Part shown: one piece after another, positions 1 to 9,779 of the stretch
Numbering within the stretch: position 1 is the stretch's first letter
Layout of the letters: each line of letters begins with the position of its first letter
Notes under the pieces: generated by a model
What the model saw: the letters and a program-made list of their open reading frames with translations, nothing else
What the model was told of the DNA's origin: nothing
The model's database searches: none
NCBI GenBank assembly: GCA_045632405.1
Contig: JAZQWO010000030.1
Span: forward strand, 23,769 to 87,768
DNA length: 64,000 bases
Reading direction: 5' to 3'
Origin: Eubacteriales bacterium
GTDB taxonomy: Bacteria; Bacillota; Clostridia; Oscillospirales; CAG-272
Made by a program: the position numbers and the translations under genes

Positions 1-1969
1 CCTCCTCTATTTCAGATGGCATCGCCATTGACTGAGAGCCCGGGAAAATATTCTCCTCCATACCGGGCAAAAATACCACAGGAAATTCAAGTCCCTTGGA
101 GCTATGAATTGTCATAAGAGTTACCGCATCAGCAGTTTCGTCATATTTATCAACATCAGAAACAAGTGCCGCCTCCTCCAAAAATCCTGAGAGAGTTGGC
201 TCGTCGGCTTCGTCCTCATACTCGCGCACTGCCTCGCAAAGAGAGTCTAGGTTGTCAAGCCTTTCCGCTTCGCTCTGTCCAAGGGCAACGAGGGCTGCCT
301 CGTAGCCTGTGCGCTTGATAACCTCGCGGACAAAGGCAGAAAGTGACATTCTTTGATTGTCAATATCGTCCATCAGGCTTTCCATTACCTTGGCAAAGGC
401 AACCATACTGTTTGCCGCCATTTTGGGGATTGCATTATATTCGGTTGCGTTTTTAAGAACTTGCAGGGTGGGCACGCCCAAGGATTCGGCAATTTGAGAA
501 GCCGCCTCAAAGGAAGCATCACCAATTTTACGCTTAGGCTCATTAACAATACGGCGAAGCCTTACACTGTCGCTTGGGTTGTTAATGATGGACAAATAGG
601 CAATTATGTCCTTAACCTCTTTACGATCATAGAAGCGAAGCGCACCAAGCATTCTATACGGAATACCGCTTTTTGCAAACATAGTTTCAAGGTTCATTGA
701 CTGTGCGTTCATTCTATAAAGAACTGCAAAATCCCTGTACTCTAAATTCTCTGTCTGCTTCATTTTAACAATGGTGTCAATGATGTAGCGGGATTCGTCA
801 TTTTGTGTAGGCGTTTCCTTAACTGTTATCTTTTCGCCCGGCTCATTTTCGCACCAAAGGGTTTTTACGTGCTTATGGTAATTATTTTGAATAATACTAT
901 TTGCCGCGTTCAAAATATTCGATGTTGAACGGTAGTTTTGCTCCAGCTTTACAACCTTGGCAGTTGGATTGTCCCTGTCAAAGTTGAGAATATTCTCAAT
1001 GGTAGCTCCACGGAATTTATAAATACTTTGGTCATCGTCACCAACAACCATTATATTTCCGTGACCTTGGCTGAGTAGCTTGATAAATACGTATTGAGCG
1101 TGGTTTGTATCCTGATACTCGTCAACGCTTATGTACTTGAACTTTCTCTGATAATAGGAAAGCACGTCCTTGTCCTGCTGAAATAGCTGAACCGTTTTCA
1201 TAATAATATCGTCAAAGTCCAAGAGGTTGGAGTCCTGCAACACCTTTTGGTATCTTGCATATATTTTTGCAATGTCCTTGTATTTGGCATCGTCACGCGC
1301 CGCCTCTGCGTACTCCTCAGGAGTTATAAGCTTATCCTTTGCTCTGCCGATTTCGTTTATTACGGTTTTGATAGCCAGCTGCTTTTCGTCAATTCCCAAG
1401 TCCTTCATACACTTGGAAATAACCTTTTTCGAGTCATCGGAGTCACATATGCTAAGATTTGGGCGGTAGCCGATTTTCTCTGCATTAGGGTACAAAATTT
1501 TCATACAAATCTTGTGGAATGTACCTGCCCAGATAGGCATTTCCGATTCCTCTGCATACTTGCCGCCAACCGTTTTTATCAATCTTTGCACAATTTCGTT
1601 TGCCGCCTTGTTGGTAAAGGTCACCGCCAAAATGCGCTCAGGGTCACACTCATCCACGGAAAGAACACGCAAATAGTTCTCAATAATTTCCTTGTCACCG
1701 CTTTTAGATGCCGTTTCCAAGTCCTCAATAGCATCGGGTGTTATAAATTCGGGAATATAGTCCGAAAAATATGTATCACCGTATTTTATGATATGGGCAA
1801 TACGGTTAACTAAAACGGTGGTTTTGCCGCTACCTGCACCTGCCAAAATCAAAACAGGACCGTTTACGGTATAAACCGCACGCCTTTGCTCCCCATTCAA
1901 AAAGGAATAATATTTATCGAAAAGAGCACGCTTGGCTCTTTGATATCGTTGTTTTTCTTGTTCTGTCAT
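1..1969 (-). CDS. ATP-dependent DNA helicase, UvrD/PcrA family (C-terminus cut by window edge; ~656 codons present)
   Basis: Open frame on the minus strand from ATG 1969..1967 to the left edge. It is absent from the ORF track because it has no in-window stop. My manual translation is continuous and carries the SF1 helicase motifs AGAGSGKT (Walker A), AVTFTNKAA, TFH, VDEYQDTN, VVGDDDQSIYKFRGA, LEQNYRST and TIHSSKGLEFPVVFLPGMEE. The plus-strand ORFs at 353-700 and 1227-1813 are antisense shadows. Confidence 0.9.
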   Translation of the reverse strand, partial: MTEQEKQRYQRAKRALFDKYYSFLNGEQRRAVYTVNGPVLILAGAGSGKTTVLVNRIAHIIKYGDTYFSDYIPEFITPDAIEDLETASKSGDKEIIENYLRVLSVDECDPERILAVTFTNKAANEIVQRLIKTVGGKYAEESEMPIWAGTFHKICMKILYPNAEKIGYRPNLSICDSDDSKKVISKCMKDLGIDEKQLAIKTVINEIGRAKDKLITPEEYAEAARDDAKYKDIAKIYARYQKVLQDSNLLDFDDIIMKTVQLFQQDKDVLSYYQRKFKYISVDEYQDTNHAQYVFIKLLSQGHGNIMVVGDDDQSIYKFRGATIENILNFDRDNPTAKVVKLEQNYRSTSNILNAANSIIQNNYHKHVKTLWCENEPGEKITVKETPTQNDESRYIIDTIVKMKQTENLEYRDFAVLYRMNAQSMNLETMFAKSGIPYRMLGALRFYDRKEVKDIIAYLSIINNPSDSVRLRRIVNEPKRKIGDASFEAASQIAESLGVPTLQVLKNATEYNAIPKMAANSMVAFAKVMESLMDDIDNQRMSLSAFVREVIKRTGYEAALVALGQSEAERLDNLDSLCEAVREYEDEADEPTLSGFLEEAALVSDVDKYDETADAVTLMTIHSSKGLEFPVVFLPGMEENIFPGSQSMAMPSEIEE

Positions 1970-2050
1970 TTTGTATCTCACTTCATTACACAATATATCA
2001 GTTTAATTCTAACATAGTATAAATAAAAAGTAAATACAAAATTGACATAA

Positions 2051-2090
2051 AAAAGAAAAAAATCCGCATTCTTACGAACGCGGATTTTTT
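2051..2090 (-). terminator. Rho-independent terminator downstream of tRNA-Leu
   Basis: Arms AATCCGC (2061-2067) and GCGGATT (2080-2086) with a 12-nt loop. An A-run lies on one side and a T-run on the other, so the minus-strand transcript ends in a U-run. Confidence 0.55.
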
Positions 2091-2092
2091 GT

Positions 2093-2179
2093 TGGTGCCG
2101 GTGATCGGGGTCGAACCGATACGGTATCGCTACCACTGGATTTTGAGTCCAGCACGTCTGCCAATTCCATCACACCGGC
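2093..2179 (-). tRNA. tRNA-Leu (anticodon CAA), class II with long variable arm, encoded CCA end
   Basis: The reverse complement reads GCCGGTG..GCTGGA-CTCAAAA-TCCAG..ATCGG-TTCGACC-CCGAT-CACCGGC-ACCA. It has a 7-bp acceptor stem, a 5-bp anticodon stem with loop CU-CAA-AA, a long variable arm and a T-arm with TTCGA. Length is 87 nt. Confidence 0.9.
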
Positions 2180-2256
2180 TTATTTACTCGACTATTGTAT
2201 CACAGTTTTTTCCACTTTGCAATACCTTTTTTAAAATTTTTTAATTTTTTTGAAAA

Positions 2257-2478
2257 TTACCTTTCCACGGTCTTGGTCGAAACAAGATTTACACCTTTAA
2301 TCACAAAGTTTCTCGCTATAATATCTCCTACTGTAATAGGAGCTTTCACGTTTATTTTAGCTATCCTTTTCATAGCCTTGCCGATTTTTTCAACATCTAT
2401 GGGCTTATCGGTTTTTACAGGCAGAAGCACGACCACCTCGCTTTTAATTTTCACTGTTGTTGTCAATATTGTTTCCAT
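2257..2478 (-). CDS. DUF1667-like small protein (C-terminal half only), third member of the GlpA-like flavoprotein cluster
   Basis: 73 aa. TILTTTVKI...LPVKTDKPI...VKAPITVGDIIARNF..GVNLVSTKTV matches my memory of the second half of DUF1667 (R.lTttV...lpVkT..piP...v.aPv..GdVi..n..gtg.divaT). It overlaps the upstream gene by 35 nt. Confidence 0.6.
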   Translation of the reverse strand: METILTTTVKIKSEVVVLLPVKTDKPIDVEKIGKAMKRIAKINVKAPITVGDIIARNFVIKGVNLVSTKTVER

Positions 2479-3748
2479 TTTCCTTCTCCGATGCGCAAAT
2501 TACAATTTCATTGGCATTTGCCAGCCTTTTAGCCAAGGCTCTGTTAATAACTATCTTGCCTGTTTCAAGCCAGGACATACTACCCTTTTCGCGCGAATAA
2601 ATAACCTCATTGTCCTTCAGAATTCTGACAACTAGATTGTCATATTTTCCCGTTACTCTGAAGTAGATAACACTGCCGACTATTCCCTCGTCATACACAT
2701 CAAGATGCTGTGGCACGGAATATAGGATTTTTTCACCGTTTTTGATTTTCACAGTGTGCCTCTGCTCACCCTGCGTGCCAAAAACATAATCGCACACTGA
2801 CTGTCCCACAAGCTGTGCTTCCTCTATGATATAGTCAACAAGGTCGTGAATTCTCACCGCGTTGCCGCAGGAAAAAATGCCCTTGACGTTTGTTTCAAAA
2901 TATTGGTTAACATAAGCACCCTTAGTACGCGTATCAATTCTGATACCCGTGTCCTTAACTATTTCATTTTCGGGCACTAAGCCGCACTGATATACAAAAG
3001 AGTCGCATTTAACTATTTTGCCTGTTCCCTTTAACACCTTGCCGTTTTTGCCCACACGGGATATTTCAACTGCCTCTACTCTTTCCTTGCCGAAAATGCC
3101 TGTTACAGTGTGACTATAAAGCAACGGAATATCAAACATCTTTATACATTCCGTCACGTGGCGCTCAGTGCCTTCTGCATATTCCTTTGGCTCACAAACG
3201 CAGACAACCTCACCGCCCTCTAATTTCAGGCGGCGCGCCACAATCATAGCCAAATCTCCCGAGCCAAGAACAACTGTTTTATTGCCAGGCATATAGCCCT
3301 TGAGATTTACTATTCTTTGAACTGCTCCTGCGGAGAAAACACCTGCAGGGCGAGTGCCACCGATTTTCAAAGCACCCTTTGTCATTTCACGGCATCCCAT
3401 TGCAAGGACAATGGCTGTGGCTTCAATTACGCAGTAGCCATATTTTGGAGAAACCAAGCGAATTCTTTTTTGCTTGTCAACGGATAATACGGTAGAGTCT
3501 GTTATATACTCAATTCCAAGCTCACGAATTCCGTCGCAAAGCATAGATGCAAGCTCTGTGCCTGTCACTACCTCGTCAAGATAGCTCCTGCCAAAGCCCG
3601 AATGTATGCACTGATTGAGCGTCCCGCCGATTTCGCTATCACGCTCTATTATGAGAATATCATCAGGGTCTATGCCGTTTTCACAGGCTGAAAGAGCGCA
3701 CACAAGCCCCGCAGGACCTGATCCGATTATTACTACTTTTCTTTCCAT
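2444..3748 (-). CDS. NAD(P)/FAD-dependent oxidoreductase (pyridine nucleotide-disulfide oxidoreductase family)
   Basis: 434 aa. Dinucleotide-binding motifs VVIIGSGPAGL (N-terminus) and VVLGSGDLAM (middle). It sits between the GlpA-like and DUF1667 genes, as in the three-gene clusters of Clostridia and Thermotogae. Confidence 0.8.
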   Translation of the reverse strand: MERKVVIIGSGPAGLVCALSACENGIDPDDILIIERDSEIGGTLNQCIHSGFGRSYLDEVVTGTELASMLCDGIRELGIEYITDSTVLSVDKQKRIRLVSPKYGYCVIEATAIVLAMGCREMTKGALKIGGTRPAGVFSAGAVQRIVNLKGYMPGNKTVVLGSGDLAMIVARRLKLEGGEVVCVCEPKEYAEGTERHVTECIKMFDIPLLYSHTVTGIFGKERVEAVEISRVGKNGKVLKGTGKIVKCDSFVYQCGLVPENEIVKDTGIRIDTRTKGAYVNQYFETNVKGIFSCGNAVRIHDLVDYIIEEAQLVGQSVCDYVFGTQGEQRHTVKIKNGEKILYSVPQHLDVYDEGIVGSVIYFRVTGKYDNLVVRILKDNEVIYSREKGSMSWLETGKIVINRALAKRLANANEIVICASEKENGNNIDNNSEN

Positions 3749-3755
3749 ATTTTAC

Positions 3756-5213
3756 TCACTTTGTTTTACCGAAAAGAAGATGAGAGTTTGAGGAAAACTT
3801 TTTAACCTCGGAAAGAGGTATATTATGCTCCTTCGCTATCATTTCGGCTATTTTGGCGCGGCAATAATTACCCTGACATCTACCCATACCGCCACGGGTT
3901 CGCCTTTTAACCATATCGACCGTACGGGCGGGGATTGGGCGGTGCAGGGCATCTAAAACATCTGCCTCCGTTACCATTTCGCAACGGCAAACGACCTTGG
4001 CATATGAAGGGTTAGTCGCAACCGCTTCTCTTCTTTGCTCCTCGGTCATTGCATAAAACGGCACAAAATTTCCGTTTTTGGTTCTTGTGGGGATATAGTC
4101 CTTCCTTTCTTCAAGAGAAAGGCCACATTCCTTCAGTATTTCAATAACATATTCGCCAATTGCAGGGGCAGACGCCAAGCCCGGGGATTCAATGCCTGCC
4201 ACGTGTATGAACTTTTTAAATTTGTCCGACTCCTGTATATAGAAATCTCCGCTTGTTGGAGTTGCACGCACACCTGCAAAGGTGGTAATTGTTGCATCTA
4301 AATTAATTGACGGAACAATGTGCAAAGCACCCTCAGCAATCTCCTCCAAGCCTGCCTCGGTAACGCTTGTATCCACTTTGGAATCAACTATATTCGCGTT
4401 TGGTCCAACTATTATATTCCCGTCAACGGTGGGAGAAATCAATATTCCCTTTCCCTTTTCACTGGGGGTCACAAAAAGAGTATGGGATGCGGTTTTAATT
4501 TCTGTTTTATCAAGCAGCATATATTCTCCGCGGCGCGGAATAATATCAAAAGGCAGCTTTTCGTTGAGCAAGCCTGCTATTTCATCCACAAACAAGCCTG
4601 CTGCATTAATGACGAAGCGCGCTTGCACCTTAATTCCGTTTTCGGTGTAAACCGTGTATAATTCACCCTTTTTCTTGATTTTATTTACCTTGCTCTCAAA
4701 ATGGAATTGAGTGCCGTTTGTGGCTGCATTTTCGCATAGAGCATATGCCAAATCATACGGACAAACAATGCCTGCGCTTGGAGCATAAAGAGCACATATT
4801 GCATCTTTGGAAACACACGGCTCCATTTTGTGAAGGTTTTCACCATCTATTATTTCAAGGTCAGGGACACCGTTTTTCTCACCGCGCGCCTTCAAAAGCT
4901 CCAAATGCTCTCTGTCCGCTTCCGAATAGCCAATAACCAAGGAGCCGCATTTTTTGTAGCTGACACCGAGCTTAGCGGTCAATCCCTCCATCAGCTCACA
5001 GCCGCGCACGTTCAATTTTGCCTTCAGTGTCCCGTCCTTTGCATCATAGCCTGCGTGGACTATTGCAGAATTAGCACGGGTTGAGCCAGATGCTACGTCA
5101 ATTCCCGCCTCTAAAACGCACACCTTCAAATCATATTTTGCAAGCTCGTAAGCCACCATTGAGCCCGAAATGCCTGCGCCTATTATAACAACATCATAAG
5201 ATGTATTAGCCAT
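3756..5213 (-). CDS. FAD-dependent oxidoreductase, GlpA/anaerobic glycerol-3-phosphate dehydrogenase-like, with BFD-like [2Fe-2S] domain
   Basis: 485 aa from ATG 5213. SD GGGAGG lies 7 nt upstream, and the ORF-track start at 5255 has no SD. Motifs: YDVVIIGAGISGS FAD motif; C-terminal CRCEMVTEADV...GMGRCQGNYC, a BFD-type Cys pattern. Confidence 0.8.
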   Translation of the reverse strand: MANTSYDVVIIGAGISGSMVAYELAKYDLKVCVLEAGIDVASGSTRANSAIVHAGYDAKDGTLKAKLNVRGCELMEGLTAKLGVSYKKCGSLVIGYSEADREHLELLKARGEKNGVPDLEIIDGENLHKMEPCVSKDAICALYAPSAGIVCPYDLAYALCENAATNGTQFHFESKVNKIKKKGELYTVYTENGIKVQARFVINAAGLFVDEIAGLLNEKLPFDIIPRRGEYMLLDKTEIKTASHTLFVTPSEKGKGILISPTVDGNIIVGPNANIVDSKVDTSVTEAGLEEIAEGALHIVPSINLDATITTFAGVRATPTSGDFYIQESDKFKKFIHVAGIESPGLASAPAIGEYVIEILKECGLSLEERKDYIPTRTKNGNFVPFYAMTEEQRREAVATNPSYAKVVCRCEMVTEADVLDALHRPIPARTVDMVKRRTRGGMGRCQGNYCRAKIAEMIAKEHNIPLSEVKKFSSNSHLLFGKTK

Positions 5214-5344
5214 TTTCAATCCTCCCTTGGAGTATTTACACACTAATATTAACATATTTTCCCTATTTTTTCAATACACTCTCTTGAATATCATAGCAAC
5301 TTGTGATAACATATAGGCAGTATTGCTATAATATAGGAGAAGTT

Positions 5345-5719
5345 ATGGATTTTTTTCAGTTGAATGCAGGAGCTCTTGCCTATCTTGGAGATTCTGTTTT
5401 AGAGGCCTTGGTGCGTGAGGCTCTCATTTTAAAGGGACTTGTAAAATCAGCACATTTGAATAAAGAGGCGCTCAACTACGTAACCGCAGTTAATCAAAAC
5501 AAGGCTTTTTTGAAAATTGAGCCTATTCTAACAGAGGACGAGGCGTCAATTTTCAAGCGCGGCAAAAACTGCTCACATCTTAATATACCCAAAAGCGCTT
5601 CCGCTCTTGAATATAAAAACGCCACAGGCTTTGAGGCGATTTTCGGTTATTTACACCTGACAAAAGACAGTGAAAGAATAAGGGAGCTTTTTTCGGTAGC
5701 ATACCCTGAGCTTGTTTAA
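5345..5719 (+). CDS. mrnC: Mini-ribonuclease 3 (Mini-III)
   Basis: 124 aa from ATG 5345 (SD AGGAG 5 nt upstream). LAYLGDSVLEALVRE matches the RNase III-like signature and NATGFEAIFGYLHL is typical of Mini-III. Confidence 0.8.
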   Translation: MDFFQLNAGALAYLGDSVLEALVREALILKGLVKSAHLNKEALNYVTAVNQNKAFLKIEPILTEDEASIFKRGKNCSHLNIPKSASALEYKNATGFEAIFGYLHLTKDSERIRELFSVAYPELV

Positions 5720-5780
5720 TTTATAGAAAATCAACTTTTTATTTTCACAAAAAATTCACTTTTTTTGACTCCCTTGTTAA

Positions 5781-5809
5781 TTGACATTGACTTAGCCGAG
5801 TGCTATAAT
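5781..5809 (+). promoter_or_regulatory. Consensus sigma-A promoter of the ABC exporter operon
   Basis: TTGACA (5781-5786), exactly 17 nt, TATAAT (5804-5809). It lies 45 nt upstream of ATG 5854. Confidence 0.7.
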
Positions 5810-5853
5810 ACTTATCATAAATTTCCATTTAATGTAAAAGAAAGGATGATATA

Positions 5854-7659
5854 ATGATCAAATCCCTACGTCAGCTAATGTCTTATGTAGGCAAGTACAA
5901 GATATACGCGGTTTTAACACCTATTATCGTATCTCTTGAGGTTGTTATGGAATGTCTTATTCCATTCTTCACCGCTGACCTTATCACATACGTTCAACAG
6001 GACTATGTTGTAACAGACAACATACTTACCAAATGGTTTATCTACTTTGTTGACTCACTGTTTCCGAATACTCCGTTAGCGGTTGTCGGTGGGTACTGTA
6101 TAGTTTTAATCGTTATGGCTCTGTTTTCCCTGTCCTTTGGCGCAATTGCAGGCATCACCTGTGCCAAGGCATCCTGTGGCTTTGCCAAGAATTTGCGCAC
6201 GGAGCTGTTCAACAAAACACAGAACTTCTCATTTGAAAATGTTGACAAATTCTCTACATCCAGCCTGGTGACAAGATTGACAACAGATGTTACAAACGTT
6301 CAACAGTCATTTATGATGATTATAAGAACCGCTATTCGTTCACCGCTTATGTTCATTTTCTCTATTTTAATGGCATTTATACGCGGCGGCTCAATGGCAC
6401 TTATTTTCGTTATCGTTATCCCTGTATTGCTCTTTGGCTTGATTATGATTGCTAAAAAGGCAATGCCGATTTTCAAAAAGGTATTCAAAAAATACGATGC
6501 CTTAAACGAGTCTGTGCAGGAAAACGTACACGGTATGAGAGTTGTTAAATCCTTTGTGCGTGAGGAGCACGAAAGCGAAAAGTTTGAGGCGGCATCCGGT
6601 AATGTTGCAGGCGACTTTTTAAGAGCGGACAAAATCCTTGCATTTAACGACCCCATTATGCTCCTTTGCATGTATGCAGTTATGACCTTCGTTTGTCTTT
6701 TCGGCTCACAGGCAATTGTCAAGGGCGACATTATTATCGGTGAATTCTCCGCACTGCTTACCTATGGTATGCAGATTTTAATGAGCTTGATGATGCTTTC
6801 TATGATTTTTGTAATGATTACAATGTCAGGCGAGTGCGCAAAGCGTATTTGCGAGGTGTTAAACGAGGATTCCACAATTAAGAATCCTGAAAGCCCTGTA
6901 TATGATGTAAAGAACGGCGATATTGACTTTAACAATGTTAGCTTCAAGTACTCCGAGCGCGCTGAAAGATATGCGCTTTCCGACATTGATTTGCACATCA
7001 AGTCCGGTCAGACTGTTGGTATTATCGGCGGTACAGGTAGCTCAAAATCCACACTTATACAGCTCATTCCAAGACTTTACGACGTATCAGCAGGAACACT
7101 CACTGTTGGCGGTGTTGACGTGCGCGACTATGACCTTGTTGCGCTTCGCGATGCTGTCAGTGTTGTTTTGCAGAAAAACGTTTTGTTCTCAGGCTCAATC
7201 AAGGATAATCTCCGTTGGGGCAACGAGCATGCAACTGACGAGGAAATCAAGCGTGTTTGCCGTCTTGCCTGCGCTGACGAGTTTATTGAGTCCTTCCCTG
7301 ATAAATACGACACATATATTGAGCAGGGCGGTACAAACGTATCAGGCGGACAAAAGCAAAGGCTTTGTATTGCAAGAGCACTTTTGAAAAAGCCGAAAAT
7401 CCTTATTCTTGACGACTCAACAAGTGCGGTTGACACAAAAACGGATGCTATGATACGAAAGGCGTTTGCAGAGGAAATTCCCGATACTACCAAAATTATT
7501 ATCGCTCAAAGAATATCAAGCGTTGAAAACGCAGATGTTATTATTATTCTTGATGACGGTAGAATTGACGGTATGGGCACTCACGAGGAGCTTTTGGAAA
7601 GCAACGCAATTTACAAAGAGATTTACGAGTCACAGACAAAAGGGGGTAAGATGCAATGA
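5854..7659 (+). CDS. ABC exporter permease/ATPase half-transporter (subunit carrying the degenerate catalytic site)
   Basis: 601 aa. N-terminal six-TM domain, Walker A GGTGSSKST, signature VSGGQKQR. Walker B is ILILDDSTS: Asp replaces the catalytic Glu. Confidence 0.9.
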   Translation: MIKSLRQLMSYVGKYKIYAVLTPIIVSLEVVMECLIPFFTADLITYVQQDYVVTDNILTKWFIYFVDSLFPNTPLAVVGGYCIVLIVMALFSLSFGAIAGITCAKASCGFAKNLRTELFNKTQNFSFENVDKFSTSSLVTRLTTDVTNVQQSFMMIIRTAIRSPLMFIFSILMAFIRGGSMALIFVIVIPVLLFGLIMIAKKAMPIFKKVFKKYDALNESVQENVHGMRVVKSFVREEHESEKFEAASGNVAGDFLRADKILAFNDPIMLLCMYAVMTFVCLFGSQAIVKGDIIIGEFSALLTYGMQILMSLMMLSMIFVMITMSGECAKRICEVLNEDSTIKNPESPVYDVKNGDIDFNNVSFKYSERAERYALSDIDLHIKSGQTVGIIGGTGSSKSTLIQLIPRLYDVSAGTLTVGGVDVRDYDLVALRDAVSVVLQKNVLFSGSIKDNLRWGNEHATDEEIKRVCRLACADEFIESFPDKYDTYIEQGGTNVSGGQKQRLCIARALLKKPKILILDDSTSAVDTKTDAMIRKAFAEEIPDTTKIIIAQRISSVENADVIIILDDGRIDGMGTHEELLESNAIYKEIYESQTKGGKMQ

Positions 7660-9743
7660 GTAAGCCAATAGCTAATCCCCGCGGTCCTAAAATGGCGCGC
7701 CCTGACCGCCGTGCAAAGAAGGGCACGTTCAAAAGACTTATAACCACTGTGATGCAGTTTTTCAAAAAGCGCTTTGTTTTGGTTTTTGCCTGTATTCTTA
7801 TAAGCGCATTGGTAACTGCATTGCCTGGTATTTTCCAGCAGGATGTTCTCTCCTCTGCCCAGGACGGTATTTATCTTGCAAATCCCGAAAAAATCACTGT
7901 TTCTGAGGAAGTGCGCGCAGAGTTCCCCGGTCTTACAGACGAGGAGCTTTTGGTAAAGGAAAAGGAAATTTTGCTGTCAAAATACAACTTGCCCGCAAAC
8001 ACCTTTGAAACAAATGACCTTTCTACAATTGAGGCACTTGATATTGTGCTTCCTTCCATTGTAAAAACAGTTACACTGTTAATTGTAATTTATATACTTG
8101 GTCTTATCGCTTCCTTTGTGAAAACAAGAACAATGGCGGTAATTACACAAGGCTTTTTGCACAAAATGCGAAACATTATGTTTGGCAAAATGCAGACCTT
8201 GCCAATCAAGTATTTTGACACTCACAAGCACGGCGACATAATGTCATATTACACAAACGATATCGACACTCTGCGTCAGCTCATTTCACAATCTTTGCCA
8301 CAGATTATTACCTCTTGCGTTATACTTGCAACTGTGCTTTTCATTATGCTCTATTTCAGCCTTTGGCTAACCCTCGTTGTGCTCTTTGGTGTTGTGCTTA
8401 TGCTCATTACATCCAAGAAAATCGGCGGTGGCGGTGCGAAATACTTTGTTAAGCAGCAGCAGGCACTTGGTAAATGCGAGGGCTATATCGAGGAAATGAT
8501 TAACGGTCAGAAGGTTGTTAAGGTATTTAACCACGAGCCAAAGACCAAGGAAGAGTTTGACAAGCTCAATGAACAGCTATGCTCAGACTCTACAACAGCC
8601 AACAAATATGCAAACACACTTATGCCAATTATCAACAACCTGGGTCATATTCTCTATGTTCTTCTTGTTCTGGTTGGCTCTATGCTTATATTCTTTAATG
8701 TTCCAAACATTTCCTTCTCGGGAAAGCCAATTGACGTTACAATTTTGATTCCGTTCCTTGGCATGTCAAAGCAGTTTACTAACAATGTATCTCAGCTCTC
8801 CCAACAGGCAAACGCCATTGTTATGGGTCTTGCAGGTGCGGACAGAGTGTTTGAGCTGATTGACGAGCCTAGCGAGGCAGACGAGGGCTATGTAACTCTT
8901 GTAAATGCCACCTACAACGAAAACGGCGAGCTTGTTGAAAGCGAAAAGCGCACAGGCATGTGGGCATGGAAGCATCCACACTCCGACGGAACTGTTACCT
9001 ACACCAAGCTGACGGGGGATGTCAGAATGAACGAGGTAGACTTCGGCTATACTGATGAAAAGATAGTTTTGCACGATATTTCACTTTACGCTGAGCCGGG
9101 TCAGAAAATCGCCTTTGTAGGCGCTACGGGTGCTGGTAAAACTACTATTACCAACTTGATTAACCGCTTCTATGATATTGCTGACGGTAAAATCCGCTAT
9201 GACGGAATAAACATCAACAAAATCAAGAAAAGCGACCTTCGTCGCTCCCTCGGTGTTGTTTTGCAGGACGTTAACCTGTTTACAGGTACAGTTATGGACA
9301 ACATCCGCTACGGCAAGCTTGATGCAACAGATGAGGAATGTATAGCGGCAGCAAAGCGCGCAAACGCACATTCCTTCATTACAATGCTCCCTGACGGCTA
9401 CAACACTGTTTTAACAGGTAACGGCAGTGGCTTGTCACAGGGACAAAGACAGCTTATCTCTATTGCACGAGCGGCGGTTGCAGACCCACCTGTTATGATT
9501 CTTGACGAGGCAACATCCTCGATTGACACAAGAACAGAATCAATTGTACAGGCAGGTATGGACGCGCTTATGCAGGGCAGAACCGTATTTGTTATTGCGC
9601 ATAGACTATCAACCATTAAAAACTCCGATGTTATTATGGTGCTTGATAAGGGTAGAATTATCGAGCGTGGCTCACACGACGATTTGATAGCGCAAAAGGG
9701 CAAATACTATCAGCTTTACACAGGTGCTTTTGAGCTTGAATAA
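7656..9743 (+). CDS. ABC exporter permease/ATPase half-transporter (consensus-site subunit), heterodimer partner
   Basis: 695 aa. ATGA overlap with the upstream gene. Walker A GATGAGKTT, Walker B VMILDEATSSID with the canonical Glu, signature degenerate (LSQGQRQ). A long ~80-aa loop lies between TM1 and TM2. Confidence 0.9.
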   Translation: MSKPIANPRGPKMARPDRRAKKGTFKRLITTVMQFFKKRFVLVFACILISALVTALPGIFQQDVLSSAQDGIYLANPEKITVSEEVRAEFPGLTDEELLVKEKEILLSKYNLPANTFETNDLSTIEALDIVLPSIVKTVTLLIVIYILGLIASFVKTRTMAVITQGFLHKMRNIMFGKMQTLPIKYFDTHKHGDIMSYYTNDIDTLRQLISQSLPQIITSCVILATVLFIMLYFSLWLTLVVLFGVVLMLITSKKIGGGGAKYFVKQQQALGKCEGYIEEMINGQKVVKVFNHEPKTKEEFDKLNEQLCSDSTTANKYANTLMPIINNLGHILYVLLVLVGSMLIFFNVPNISFSGKPIDVTILIPFLGMSKQFTNNVSQLSQQANAIVMGLAGADRVFELIDEPSEADEGYVTLVNATYNENGELVESEKRTGMWAWKHPHSDGTVTYTKLTGDVRMNEVDFGYTDEKIVLHDISLYAEPGQKIAFVGATGAGKTTITNLINRFYDIADGKIRYDGININKIKKSDLRRSLGVVLQDVNLFTGTVMDNIRYGKLDATDEECIAAAKRANAHSFITMLPDGYNTVLTGNGSGLSQGQRQLISIARAAVADPPVMILDEATSSIDTRTESIVQAGMDALMQGRTVFVIAHRLSTIKNSDVIMVLDKGRIIERGSHDDLIAQKGKYYQLYTGAFELE

Positions 9744-9779
9744 CAAAAAAAATCAGACCATTTGGTCTGATTTTTTTGT
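9744..9779. terminator. Bidirectional rho-independent terminator
   Basis: A8-ATCAGACC-attt-GGTCTGAT-T7 sits between the convergent stops at 9743 (+) and 9780 (-). Confidence 0.8.

Noticed and set aside
1-1969. UvrD-family helicase (and the DUF815 ATPase at 61550-62725) as parts of an anti-phage system
   Set aside because: The helicase has the complete housekeeping PcrA/UvrD motif set and no fused or adjacent nuclease, and it sits beside a tRNA and metabolic genes. The DUF815 gene is embedded in a biosynthetic operon rather than a defence island.
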